This document shows, piece after piece, positions 1 to 8,827 of a stretch of 64,000 nucleotides of DNA. Source of the DNA: a bacterium (lineage in GTDB: Bacteria; Patescibacteriota; Minisyncoccia; Phycocordibacterales; VMGT01). Positions within the stretch are counted from its first letter, which is position 1. Each line of letters begins with the position of its first letter. The position numbers and the translations under genes were made by a program. Under the pieces are notes generated by a model. It was given only the letters and a program-made list of their open reading frames with translations, did not search any database and had not been told where the DNA came from. The stretch lies in the NCBI GenBank assembly GCA_030697645.1, contig JAUYPI010000014.1, positions 12,136 through 76,135 on the forward strand, read 5' to 3'.

Positions 1-31
1 CGCGACCTACACGGCACAACACTCCCCTGCA

Positions 32-1219
32 CTACGCAGCCCTCAGAGAGAGCGACTCTCGGAGATACTGCGCCAGCTTACGCGCGATGAAAACATCGGT
101 CGCCTCGCGCGACTCGACGGTCATGCCGCCGATGTGCGGGACGATGAGGAGATTTTCGTGCATCTCGGCGTACTCGACGAGCGGGTGCTTTGAGAAGCCC
201 GCCGACTCGAACGAGAGCTCGTCGGCGAGCACGTCGGTTGCGTAGCCTGCGATCTTATTTTGCTTGAGCGCCGCGAGGAGCGCGCGCTCATTCACAATTT
301 TGCCGCGCGAGGTATTAATAAGATAAACGCTCGGCTTCATCAGCGCAAACTCGCGCTCGCCGAACATGCCTTCGGTCTCCGGAGTGAGATGCGCGTGGAT
401 GGAGACCGCGTCGCTCTCGCGAAGCAGCTCGTCAAAATCAACCTTTTCCGCTTTCGCCGTAAAGGCACCCGCACGAGGAGGGTCAGACCCTCCTCGGCAT
501 TGGCTGAGGAGGGTCTGACCCTCCTCAGCTTCCTCCTCGGCTTCGTCGGCTTGTCCGCCCCTGACGCCTGACGCTTTGTTACGCAATAGATCCTCAACCC
601 CGTTAGAGGCAGCCGCATAAAATGCAGCGTGGCCTCGAGCGCGGTCAACATCCGGTGTCTTCCCGAAAAACCGCGGCGACGACGCTCGAACGTACGGATC
701 AAAAAAAATAACGCGCATGCCGAAGCCCGCTGCCTGCCGCGCCATGATGCGGCCGAGGCGGCCGAGTCCCACGATCCCCAGTGTCTTACCCGAGAGCGAG
801 TGGCCGCGGAACGCCTCACGGTTCCACTCGTAGCGCCTCACCGACTCGAAAGCCCACGGCACTCGCCGCGCAAGATCAATCAGCATCCCAAACGCAAGCT
901 CCGCAGTACCGGTGATCGTATTCAAAAACTCCTCCTCGCCGCGAAGCGAGAGTACCTCGATGTCGCGCACGAGCGCGGCGTTGAGGTCAATGTGGTCGAG
1001 CCCCGTCGTCGCGGTTGCGATCACGCGCAGTTTCTCCGCACGCGCGAGCACGCGCGAGTCAAACGTAAGCCCGAGCCCAACAAGCGCCGCATCGTACTCG
1101 CCAATGACTTCCGCAAGCTCGCCCTGCGAGAGCGCGCGGTCGTCAAGGCACCCTACTCCCTCGAGTATCGCCCTCGCCTCGGGCGTCAGTACCTGCCCAA
1201 TAGTATTCAAAATGCGCAT
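32..1219 (-). CDS. D-isomer-specific 2-hydroxyacid dehydrogenase (PGDH-like) with an in-frame insertion of about 65 extra residues
   Basis: GxGxxG Rossmann motif (GIVGLGRLGR), catalytic region (SIHAHLTPET, PHIGG). The 395 aa length compares with about 306 aa for the paralog at 62449-63369, and the extra low-complexity segment maps to nt 442-691. Confidence 0.8.
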   Translation of the reverse strand: MRILNTIGQVLTPEARAILEGVGCLDDRALSQGELAEVIGEYDAALVGLGLTFDSRVLARAEKLRVIATATTGLDHIDLNAALVRDIEVLSLRGEEEFLNTITGTAELAFGMLIDLARRVPWAFESVRRYEWNREAFRGHSLSGKTLGIVGLGRLGRIMARQAAGFGMRVIFFDPYVRASSPRFFGKTPDVDRARGHAAFYAAASNGVEDLLRNKASGVRGGQADEAEEEAEEGQTLLSQCRGGSDPPRAGAFTAKAEKVDFDELLRESDAVSIHAHLTPETEGMFGEREFALMKPSVYLINTSRGKIVNERALLAALKQNKIAGYATDVLADELSFESAGFSKHPLVEYAEMHENLLIVPHIGGMTVESREATDVFIARKLAQYLRESLSLRAA

Positions 1220-2163
1220 ACATCAAGACGTGACTCCAACTCCGCAAGTTCCTCAGTGATACGACGCCCAAAAGAAACGTCAGTGAGTGGTCGCGCACCG
1301 CTTCGAGCGCACGCGAAAAAATGGTCAAGTTCCCTCCGAAGCGGCTCTCGCGCGTCAAACGCAGGCACTTGAGGCGCGACGCCATCGCGGCAGATCAAAA
1401 GCGGTCCGCCCGCGAGCGACTCATCAAACAGCACCCGCATGCCCTCGCCGAGAAACGTGAGACGGCGTTTTTTTTCCCGCCCGTACCAGGAGGATGCAAG
1501 CGTGAGTGATGGGCCGTTCTCAGTACACATCGTCATCGCTACCGTGCCGGGAAGCGTTCCACCTTCCTGCGCGCGGAGAGAACCGTGAACCGCACCAATA
1601 CGCGGCGCCCCAAAAAGATAGTGCAGTATCGAGAGCGCATGCGGCGCAACGTCCCAAAGCACGTTCACATCAGGGCGCGGCGGAGACAGCGCATGCTCGA
1701 CAAACAAGTGTGTAAAACGAACACCGCGCTCGATGAGCTCCTCTCTGATATAGCGAATCGCGTCGTGAAAAAGGTACTGGTACCCCACCATGCACACTTT
1801 TCCCGAGATCTCGGCCGCATGAGCGAGCGCTCTCGCATCCTCGACGCTCGTCACCATCGGCTTCTCGACGAGCACATGCATACCGCGCGCGAGCGCCTCC
1901 TCGGCGAGGGCGAAATGCGTCGCCGGGGATGTCGCAATGATAGCGCAATCATACCGAGAGCTGCCGAGCGCTGCAGCGGCGTCAGTCGACACCTCGATTG
2001 CGCTCGGAATGCCGAGCGCCGCGCGCACATCTCCCGCAGCACTCTGGTGCACCACCACGCTCTCAAGCGCGACACCCTCAATCGTCTGCAGCAAGCGCGC
2101 GTAGTGCCTGCCGAAATTTCCAGCGCCCAAGAGCACACAGCGGAGCACAGACATACGGTTCAC
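1207..2163 (-). CDS. Gfo/Idh/MocA family NAD(P)-dependent oxidoreductase
   Basis: N-terminal Rossmann motif (LLGAGNFGRHY), EKP motif (VLVEKPM), size and architecture typical of the family. Confidence 0.75.
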   Translation of the reverse strand: MNRMSVLRCVLLGAGNFGRHYARLLQTIEGVALESVVVHQSAAGDVRAALGIPSAIEVSTDAAAALGSSRYDCAIIATSPATHFALAEEALARGMHVLVEKPMVTSVEDARALAHAAEISGKVCMVGYQYLFHDAIRYIREELIERGVRFTHLFVEHALSPPRPDVNVLWDVAPHALSILHYLFGAPRIGAVHGSLRAQEGGTLPGTVAMTMCTENGPSLTLASSWYGREKKRRLTFLGEGMRVLFDESLAGGPLLICRDGVAPQVPAFDAREPLRRELDHFFACARSGARPLTDVSFGRRITEELAELESRLDVCAF

Positions 2164-2175
2164 GCCAGCAACGGA

Positions 2176-3270
2176 TTAATCCGCTCTCGCACCCTGCGGC
2201 GTATCAGCAAGCAGCGCCCTATAGTAGGAGAGCGTGCGCGCGAGGCCAGTGCGGAGGTCTATCGCAGGGGAATACCCAAGATCTCGCCGACTTTTGGTAA
2301 GGTCCGGACACCGCCGCTGCGGCTCACCGGCAGGATATGCGTCGGGGTAGGAGACCAAGCGCACTTCCGGCCGCTCGGGCAACATGCCGCTCATGAGCTC
2401 GGCGAGCTCTCGCATAGTAATTTCCTCACGATCATGCCCCACGTTATACGCCTCGCCGCGCTTCCCCGCGACCAGCACCTTGAGAAAACCGTGCACTGCG
2501 TCTGTGATATAGCAAAAAGTCCTCGTCTGCCGACCGTGGTCGTGCACCGTGAGGGGTTCACCACGGAGGCCTTGCACGGAAAACGTCGGGATGACGCGGT
2601 AGTCGTCAGCGCGCATCCCCGGGCCGTAGACATTAAAAGGCCGCACCGTGCTCACCGGCACACGGTAATACTCATGGTAAATGCTGCAGAGCGTCTCGCC
2701 GAGCCGCTTCGACTCATCATAGCAAGCGCGAGGGCCAACCGCTGAAACCCTCCCCCAGTAGTGCTCTGGGGTCGGCACGAACTCAGGAACCGGGTCGCCG
2801 TAGATTTCGCTTGAACTGAAATACAGCATCCCCTCGATCCCGCGCTCGCGCGCGAACTCAAGAAGGTGCTTCGTGCCGTTGACCGCAACCTCAATCGTCT
2901 CGACCGGAAATTTGCGGTAGTAGACCGGTGACGCCAGGCCCGCGGCATGAATGATATACGCGGCGCTGAGCTTCTCGGGGAGCGGGAAACGCACATCGTG
3001 CTCGAGCACGCGCACTTCAGGATAGGCGCTGAAATCAAACAACGGGTTGTTCGCGACGCCCGTAATATAATTATCGAGCACCACAATAGAGCACGGCCGC
3101 TCAAAACGCTCGCGATTAAGCGCGACGAGCGTCGCCACGAGGTAGCGGCCAAGAAATCCCCCGCCCCCGGTAATGAGCACGGTCTTCCCGGCAAGCTGGT
3201 CAAGCGCACCGCCGAGGAGCGCGACTATAGTGCGAATGTCTTCGGTAAACAGTCTTTGTATGTCGTTCAT
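2176..3270 (-). CDS. NAD-dependent epimerase/dehydratase (UDP-glucuronate decarboxylase / UXS-like short-chain enzyme)
   Basis: TGGGGFLG Rossmann motif, YDESKR catalytic YxxxK, NVYGPGM. The likely true start is the internal Met (MNDIQ...) at 3270, since the ORF N-extension overlaps the upstream gene. Confidence 0.8.
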   Translation of the reverse strand: MNDIQRLFTEDIRTIVALLGGALDQLAGKTVLITGGGGFLGRYLVATLVALNRERFERPCSIVVLDNYITGVANNPLFDFSAYPEVRVLEHDVRFPLPEKLSAAYIIHAAGLASPVYYRKFPVETIEVAVNGTKHLLEFARERGIEGMLYFSSSEIYGDPVPEFVPTPEHYWGRVSAVGPRACYDESKRLGETLCSIYHEYYRVPVSTVRPFNVYGPGMRADDYRVIPTFSVQGLRGEPLTVHDHGRQTRTFCYITDAVHGFLKVLVAGKRGEAYNVGHDREEITMRELAELMSGMLPERPEVRLVSYPDAYPAGEPQRRCPDLTKSRRDLGYSPAIDLRTGLARTLSYYRALLADTPQGARAD

Positions 3271-3275
3271 ATGCA

Positions 3276-4535
3276 CTACAACACCACAGGTTCGGGAACG
3301 GGTACAATAAACCGCCCTCCATGGGCTTTGAAATCGGCGAGCTTCGCCATAATCGGCTTGGCAAAATTCCAAGCGAGAATCAGAAGGTAATCGGGCGGTG
3401 CCTCACGGAGTGCCTCGGCGCTCACCACTCTGATGTGCGTGCCGGGCGTGTAGCGCCCCTGCTTCCAGGCACTGTCGTCCACTATATAGTCGAGTGTCTC
3501 GGCGCCGATACCAAAGTGAGTGAGGAGCGTGTTGCCCTTCGCCGGTGCCCCGTAGCCCGCAAGCCGCTTCCCGCTCTCTTTGAGCGAGAGGAGCAGTGTA
3601 CGAAGCGCGCGCTTATTGCGCTCGATCCGCTCCCCAAACGCCGCGTAGGTCGCCCGCTCCCCGAGCGCCGATGCGTCCTCCTCGTCGAGGACGCGTCGGA
3701 GCGCAGCGTGATTCAGAGGCCGTCGACCGGCAGGTGAGACAAATACCCGAAGTGAGCCGCCGTGCGTCTCTGTTTCCTCAACATCAAAAACCGACATCCC
3801 GAGACGCTCGAAGAGGCGCATGAGCGAGCGGAGTGTGAAGTAGGAGAGGTGTTCGTGGTAGACGGTATCGAACAGATTATGCCGGAGCATCGCGCCCAGA
3901 TAGTACGCCTCAATCACAAAAACGCCGTCTTCGTCAAGCAGCGCCGCAACGCCGGCTACCAGGTCATCAAGGTCGTGCACATGGGGGAAGACGCTGGTCG
4001 CACTGATAAGCTTCGCGCCCCCGCGCTCTTCCGCGAGAGCGCACGCAAGAGTTGTTGAGAAAAAGGCGGGGATCGTCTCGACACCTGCGCCACTAGCGCG
4101 CGCGGCAATCTCGCGCGCCGGATCAATACCGAGCACGCGCCACCCGCGCTCGGCGAGCGGCCGGAGCAAAATGCCGTCGTTGCTCCCGATGTCGACCGCG
4201 AGCGAGTTTGGAGGAAAATCGAAACGGCGCGTGAGCGTCTCCGCAAGCTCCTCAAAGTGGGCGACGAAAACGGGCGAGGTCGAGGAGACATAGACGTACG
4301 TACCAAAAAGGAGCTCCGGCGAGACAACATCTCCGAGCTGCACGAAGCGACACGTCTCGCAGAACAAAAGCTCGAGTGGAAAGTGCGGCTCGGGCTTCTC
4401 CACTTCCTCGGGGCGGAGAAACGCATTTGCCGGCGGTGTCGGGGCGAGCGAGAGTATCGGCGCGAGCGCCGTGCTCCTGCATACGCGGCAGGCATTCGTG
4501 CGAAAAGAAAGACCCGGTTCCATGGTCACGCTCAT
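3276..4535 (-). CDS. SAM-dependent C-methyltransferase (NDP-hexose C3-methyltransferase TylCIII/Coq-like) with N-terminal Cys4 Zn ribbon
   Basis: CRVCRS...CETC zinc-ribbon followed by a class I MTase motif (AVDIGSNDG) and a C-terminal C-methyltransferase-like domain. Confidence 0.7.
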   Translation of the reverse strand: MSVTMEPGLSFRTNACRVCRSTALAPILSLAPTPPANAFLRPEEVEKPEPHFPLELLFCETCRFVQLGDVVSPELLFGTYVYVSSTSPVFVAHFEELAETLTRRFDFPPNSLAVDIGSNDGILLRPLAERGWRVLGIDPAREIAARASGAGVETIPAFFSTTLACALAEERGGAKLISATSVFPHVHDLDDLVAGVAALLDEDGVFVIEAYYLGAMLRHNLFDTVYHEHLSYFTLRSLMRLFERLGMSVFDVEETETHGGSLRVFVSPAGRRPLNHAALRRVLDEEDASALGERATYAAFGERIERNKRALRTLLLSLKESGKRLAGYGAPAKGNTLLTHFGIGAETLDYIVDDSAWKQGRYTPGTHIRVVSAEALREAPPDYLLILAWNFAKPIMAKLADFKAHGGRFIVPVPEPVVL

Positions 4536-4538
4536 GAG

Positions 4539-4928
4539 CTAGTGAGGAAGTGTGACGCGCACCGTGTCCGCCTCATAGTCCTCCTGTGCGCGCGATTCTG
4601 TTGCAAGCGCGAAAAACACCGAATCCTCGAGAAAACGCATCCGGTGAATGGTCATCGGCGGCGAGAACACCATATCCCCCGCTTCAAGCACGACCGACTC
4701 GCTCCGCTCCGGAGCATCCGCCGGCGCCTCAGTGTACTCCATGCGGCCGGACATAACATACGCATAATGCGCGTCTTTTTTATGATAATGGTTTGCACGA
4801 ACCGACCCCTTCTTTGAGGAGATCTTCAGCACACTGCGAATCACCGTCTTCCCGTCATCGAGAATTTTTGTAATCCCCCCGCGCTCATCTACAAATTCCG
4901 GTTTGATGTTTTTCGTCACCTGCAACAT
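4539..4928 (-). CDS. Cupin-fold sugar 3,4-ketoisomerase (FdtA/QdtA/WxcM C-terminal domain-like)
   Basis: About 130 aa cupin with the paired-His motif (ANHYHKK) characteristic of FdtA-type dTDP-sugar isomerases. Confidence 0.6.
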   Translation of the reverse strand: MLQVTKNIKPEFVDERGGITKILDDGKTVIRSVLKISSKKGSVRANHYHKKDAHYAYVMSGRMEYTEAPADAPERSESVVLEAGDMVFSPPMTIHRMRFLEDSVFFALATESRAQEDYEADTVRVTLPH

Positions 4929-4961
4929 GACACATTCACCCTATCACAAAACATCTAGCGC

Positions 4962-5004
4962 ATACAACAAAAAACACCCCGCCAACTCCTTGGCTTGCGG
5001 GGTG
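4962..5004 (-). terminator. Rho-independent terminator (minus strand) downstream of the DUF218 gene
   Basis: Perfect 8-bp GC-rich stem (caccccgc / gcggggtg) with a 14-nt loop, followed on the minus strand by a T6 run (A6 at 4969-4974 on plus). Confidence 0.55.
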
Positions 5005-5039
5005 TACGGTAATGGTGGCGCGAGATTATGTTTCGGGCG

Positions 5040-5684
5040 CTACCGCCACCGAGCGACGAGATACTCGAGTACTCTGCTCGGCAGTGGCATATTCGGGTAG
5101 TTCAGGATGCCGGAAAGCTCGTGGTCCCGGAGCAACTCCCAACGCCTGCCGGTCGTAACACCCTGCGAGTGTGTCACCTCCTGATTCCACTGCAGATATC
5201 GCCCGGACAAAAAGTATGCACGGAACTCCGGATATTCATCGAGCACGACGCCGACGACTGTCATCGCCGTGCGCAGCAGGTGAAACCTTGCAGCGACAAA
5301 AATGCCCTCAGTGTATCCCATCTCCCGTGCGTGCCGCACGCATGCGCGGGCCTCCGTGAGTGTATTGTACGCCGCGCGCACTTCGTCATTCGTAATCCGA
5401 ACAAGCTGACTAAACGGCACGCCGTACTCATGCAGTTGCTCCTCTCGCCGCGCGCACGGCGGAGCCCCGTGCGCAGTCGTGCCGTCGCAGAGCACAAACT
5501 TCTGGGCCACACCATTCTGCCACAAACGGACACCTTGTCTGAGAACAGCACCATCGCTATCCGCAAACTCTGCAAAAAGAAAGGCAGTTGTTTCTGGCAA
5601 CATGCCGACGCCTTCATCGTCCCCAACAATCGCATCAATAACGACCAGATCCCGCGCCTCAGCACTCAAATCAAACTTTGCCAC
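5040..5684 (-). CDS. DUF218 / YdcF-ElyC-like protein
   Basis: Protein-like composition versus the opposite-strand ORF; C-terminal motif IFVAARFHLLRTAMT resembles the DUF218 TSxxHMxRA signature. Confidence 0.5.
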   Translation of the reverse strand: MAKFDLSAEARDLVVIDAIVGDDEGVGMLPETTAFLFAEFADSDGAVLRQGVRLWQNGVAQKFVLCDGTTAHGAPPCARREEQLHEYGVPFSQLVRITNDEVRAAYNTLTEARACVRHAREMGYTEGIFVAARFHLLRTAMTVVGVVLDEYPEFRAYFLSGRYLQWNQEVTHSQGVTTGRRWELLRDHELSGILNYPNMPLPSRVLEYLVARWR

Positions 5685-5764
5685 CCTGTGTGCCTCCCTG
5701 AAATTGAACGCGTTCTAACGAGGAATTTACACCCAAGAGGATTGTACATTAAAATTGCAGCCTG

Positions 5765-7018
5765 TCAAATTTTGAAGACGTCAACGTCGAGCTCGGCGAG
5801 GAGAATATCGCGCGCGTGAATGCCTAGGTCTTCTATGGTGCGGACGCCGTATTTCTCAAACGGGATTTCAAACTCAACGCCGCGCTGCATTTTCTCGCGC
5901 GATGTAAGTACCGCCGCACGCGCCCTCTGTCGCGCGCCACGGAGAGCACGGATGCGGTGGTGGATGCCAAGGCGCCGCCCGAGGAAAACGATGAGGGCGC
6001 GGGGTAGTGCGAGCAGCGCACGGCGGCGCATAACGAGCTGTTCTGCGCGCGGGCGAGAGTGCAACACGCGAAACAGATTTAGCCAATTGCGCGGGAAATC
6101 ACGCGCGTCCATATTGAGATACACGAGCTCATCGAGATGCGCTCTGAGCACTCGATCAAGACGAATCGGTATGTCAGAAACAAGCTCCGGCAACAACTTC
6201 TTGACGCGGAGAAAGCTCTCGAGCAGCGCGTTACTGTACGTATGCGCGGTAAGCGGGCTCTCGCGCAGGGGAAACGCATCACGCTTGAATCGCGCGCGCG
6301 CCGCCGTGGACCACGCCTGGCTCATTGAGATCCCAAACCGACCGACCACGACGACCGGCGTGTCAATGAAAATGCACGAGCGCGCGAACGAAAGAAGAAT
6401 CGGCTGGTGCGAGTGAGCCGTGGGCATGTATTCAAACACGACGGTGTCTGCGCGCGAGAACGCTCGCTCGACCGCCTCGCGCGAAATCACCGTTGCCGAC
6501 GTGTGCAAACGCGGCATCTCGCCTGCCCCACCGCGCCGCGCAAATGAAAAGAGCGCCATGAGCATGGCGCGCGGACTTACATCGCATGTCGCTCCCGTAA
6601 ACGGCACAACGCCGAGGTGGTTGCGCAGATAATGCCGCGGGTGCGCACCGTCGTAATAATAGAGATGGCTTGCAGTAACGATGTCCGGGTTATCCTCGCT
6701 GTCAATCACGCGCTTAAAAACGGCGAGCGCGTGCGGGAGGAGATAATTGTCATCGTCGAACCAGAGGATATAGCGCCCGCGCGCCTGAAGCGCGCTGTAG
6801 TCGAACGAGTAATTCGGCCCGCGTCCCTGCGGCACCACAAAATATCTGATGCGGCTGTCGCCGGAGGAGAGTACCGCGCGCTTCGTCTCCTCCGAGCCGC
6901 GCACATCGGCAACCACAATCTCAAAATCCTGACACGTCTGCGCCAAGACCGAGCGCACCGCCATCGCGATCAGCACAGGCCGATTGCCGCCAGTGGGAAT
7001 CAGAATAGAAAAGAACAT
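5765..7018 (-). CDS. Family 2 glycosyltransferase
   Basis: N-terminal GT2 signature (FSILIPTGGNRP ... DFEIVVADV ... FDDDNY). Confidence 0.75.
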   Translation of the reverse strand: MFFSILIPTGGNRPVLIAMAVRSVLAQTCQDFEIVVADVRGSEETKRAVLSSGDSRIRYFVVPQGRGPNYSFDYSALQARGRYILWFDDDNYLLPHALAVFKRVIDSEDNPDIVTASHLYYYDGAHPRHYLRNHLGVVPFTGATCDVSPRAMLMALFSFARRGGAGEMPRLHTSATVISREAVERAFSRADTVVFEYMPTAHSHQPILLSFARSCIFIDTPVVVVGRFGISMSQAWSTAARARFKRDAFPLRESPLTAHTYSNALLESFLRVKKLLPELVSDIPIRLDRVLRAHLDELVYLNMDARDFPRNWLNLFRVLHSRPRAEQLVMRRRALLALPRALIVFLGRRLGIHHRIRALRGARQRARAAVLTSREKMQRGVEFEIPFEKYGVRTIEDLGIHARDILLAELDVDVFKI

Positions 7019-7053
7019 ACGGTATCCTTAAATCCGATATTCGAATTTCGAAT

Positions 7054-8070
7054 TTAATTGAGTGGTATCTCCTCCCAGTTGTATACCCAGCCATCTCTCG
7101 TGGGCGACGCAAACCTGCCGCGATAATAGTCTCTATTCAGGAGTTCGGTCGGCGTCATGTCCCTCTCGGCGCTCCCGAGGAGCGTCTGCCAAAGCGGAAT
7201 GTCACGCTCCACTTCCGTGCGCTGCGCCCCGCTCGAGAGTCTTCGGAAACGATCGAGCTCGGCAAGGAGCTTCGGCGTTATTGAAACCGGCCCGTCTTTC
7301 GACTGATCGGCAGCGAGTACGGTAAAATGCCGCTCGACGTAATCAGCGCCAAGCATGATCGCGACTTTTGCAGCCGTGATTCCATCGCGACCGACGTGCG
7401 TGTGGTCAGACCAGCCGACCTGCGGCACATGTTGTCTCAGCCAGTCCATACGAGCGAGGTGCGCCATCTCGAGCGTGTTCGGGTAACTCGTCACGCAGTG
7501 GAGAAACGTGAACTCCTTACCGAGCTCGCGCATGAGGGAAGCGGTTGCTTCAATCTCCTCGTCGTATGTTGCTCCGGTCGAAATAATGAAGCGATCAAAA
7601 TACTCTGCGAGCTCGCGGAGCAGCGCCGGACTCGCGCAATCATAACTGGCGACTTTGACAATCCGCTCGGGCCACGGCAGTGCACCAACGCCGGGAACGC
7701 GGTGCCGCGCAAAAATCGTCGTCATCGGCACGACGCCATACTTCACGCACTGCTCGATAAAAAAACGGTGGTCGTCGAGTGTGAGGTCGAGCTTGGCGAG
7801 CCGCTCGCGCTCAGCGTCAAAGGGACGCTTGATCGTCTTCACCGAGCCGTCGGGATGTGTCTCGCCTTCCTCAAAGCGCGAACGGTCTCGGAGGTCCTCG
7901 GACCACATCGACTGCATCTTCACGATGTCGGCGCCGTTTTCTGCCGCAGCGCGAATCTGCTGCGCGAAAATTTCGCGGTCGCCGTTGTGATTTTGGCAGA
8001 GTTCGACGATGAGTTTAGTCATTTGTTTATTGGAAAGTAGAAAAGTGGAAGGTGGAGAGTAGTACGACAT
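7054..8070 (-). CDS. NeuB-family sialic/nonulosonic acid synthase-like protein (no SAF domain)
   Basis: NeuB motif (ELCQNHNGD ... GADIVKMQS ... SDHT). The likely start is the internal Met (MTKLIV) at 8032, and the protein lacks the C-terminal SAF domain seen in the paralog at 44568-45644. Confidence 0.65.
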   Translation of the reverse strand: MSYYSPPSTFLLSNKQMTKLIVELCQNHNGDREIFAQQIRAAAENGADIVKMQSMWSEDLRDRSRFEEGETHPDGSVKTIKRPFDAERERLAKLDLTLDDHRFFIEQCVKYGVVPMTTIFARHRVPGVGALPWPERIVKVASYDCASPALLRELAEYFDRFIISTGATYDEEIEATASLMRELGKEFTFLHCVTSYPNTLEMAHLARMDWLRQHVPQVGWSDHTHVGRDGITAAKVAIMLGADYVERHFTVLAADQSKDGPVSITPKLLAELDRFRRLSSGAQRTEVERDIPLWQTLLGSAERDMTPTELLNRDYYRGRFASPTRDGWVYNWEEIPLN

Positions 8071-8110
8071 CGTACGCGTCGCCCGTCCCCATTATCTACT
8101 TTCTACTCTC
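8036..8110. repeat. Compound palindromic intergenic hairpin (family 3; GAGAGTAG / AAGGTGGA motifs)
   Basis: Inverted arms gaaggtggagagtag ... ctactctctaccttc enclose the perfect palindrome gtacgacatcgtac. A related element lies at 22255-22335. Confidence 0.6.
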
Positions 8111-8821
8111 TACCTTCTTGTGCGCCACCGCCCCGTATCCTTCCGCGTACCAGTCCTTGCCTGTACGGAGATTCGGATTGGTCATCGTGCGCGCCACGAG
8201 AAAAATGCCACGCGCGCACCACCGGAGCAGGGCAACAGAAGCATAACCACACGCTTTTACGGCCAGATTTCTGCGGAAGCGCTGTCGCACGCTTGCCTTG
8301 GCGGTTCTAAAAAATCCGGTCTGTACTTTCTGCATCACGTCGATGACATTCCCGCTTGGCTCGACAACGACGTCTACAAACCCAGCGTGAGACAGAAGGT
8401 AACGCAGCATGTAGTGCGTGTAGCGCAGATAATCGTGCGGCTCCTGGTGAATTGAGATAAAAAACGGTACGAGTATCACGATCTTTCCGCCCGGTTTCAA
8501 AATGCGGTAACAGTGTGCAAGCACCGCTTTAGGATCGGGGACGTGCTCAAGTACATTCGAGAGCACCACAATGTCCGCGATCTCGGAGGAGAGTGGTATA
8601 CCGGCGACAATATCGGTAACAACATCGACGCCTGGGAACTGAACGAAGTCGACACCGATATAGCTGCCTTGCCGCAAAAGATCCCCATACTGACCTTTTC
8701 CCGCGCCGATGTCAACTATAACCGTCTCGGGAGTGATTCTGCCGATCTCGCGCCGGAAGTACTCATAGCCCCACAGCCTATTCTGTGACCACCCGCGCTT
8801 GTTTTGAGGATCGCCGTTCAT
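8096..8821 (-). CDS. Class I SAM-dependent methyltransferase
   Basis: Motif I VDIGAGKGQYG, motif post-II (KPGGKIVILVP). Confidence 0.75.
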   Translation of the reverse strand: MNGDPQNKRGWSQNRLWGYEYFRREIGRITPETVIVDIGAGKGQYGDLLRQGSYIGVDFVQFPGVDVVTDIVAGIPLSSEIADIVVLSNVLEHVPDPKAVLAHCYRILKPGGKIVILVPFFISIHQEPHDYLRYTHYMLRYLLSHAGFVDVVVEPSGNVIDVMQKVQTGFFRTAKASVRQRFRRNLAVKACGYASVALLRWCARGIFLVARTMTNPNLRTGKDWYAEGYGAVAHKKVESRK

Positions 8822-8827
8822 GCCGCC

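Noticed and set aside
595-607. Shared 13-mer aaccccgttagag at 595-607 and 9408-9420, next to two different repeat features
   Set aside because: About 30-60 chance 13-mer matches are expected in 64 kb of double-stranded sequence; there is no extended similarity around the match.
629-1372. Long ORFs on the strand opposite to or overlapping the annotated genes (e.g. 629-1372+, 1585-2745+, 5028-5819+, 10643-11845+, 30158-31096-, 31160-32074-, 42273-43074+, 43292-44377+)
   Set aside because: High GC leaves long stop-free frames. Their translations are Arg/Pro/Cys/Ser-rich with no domain signatures, whereas the partner-strand ORFs carry clear enzyme motifs.
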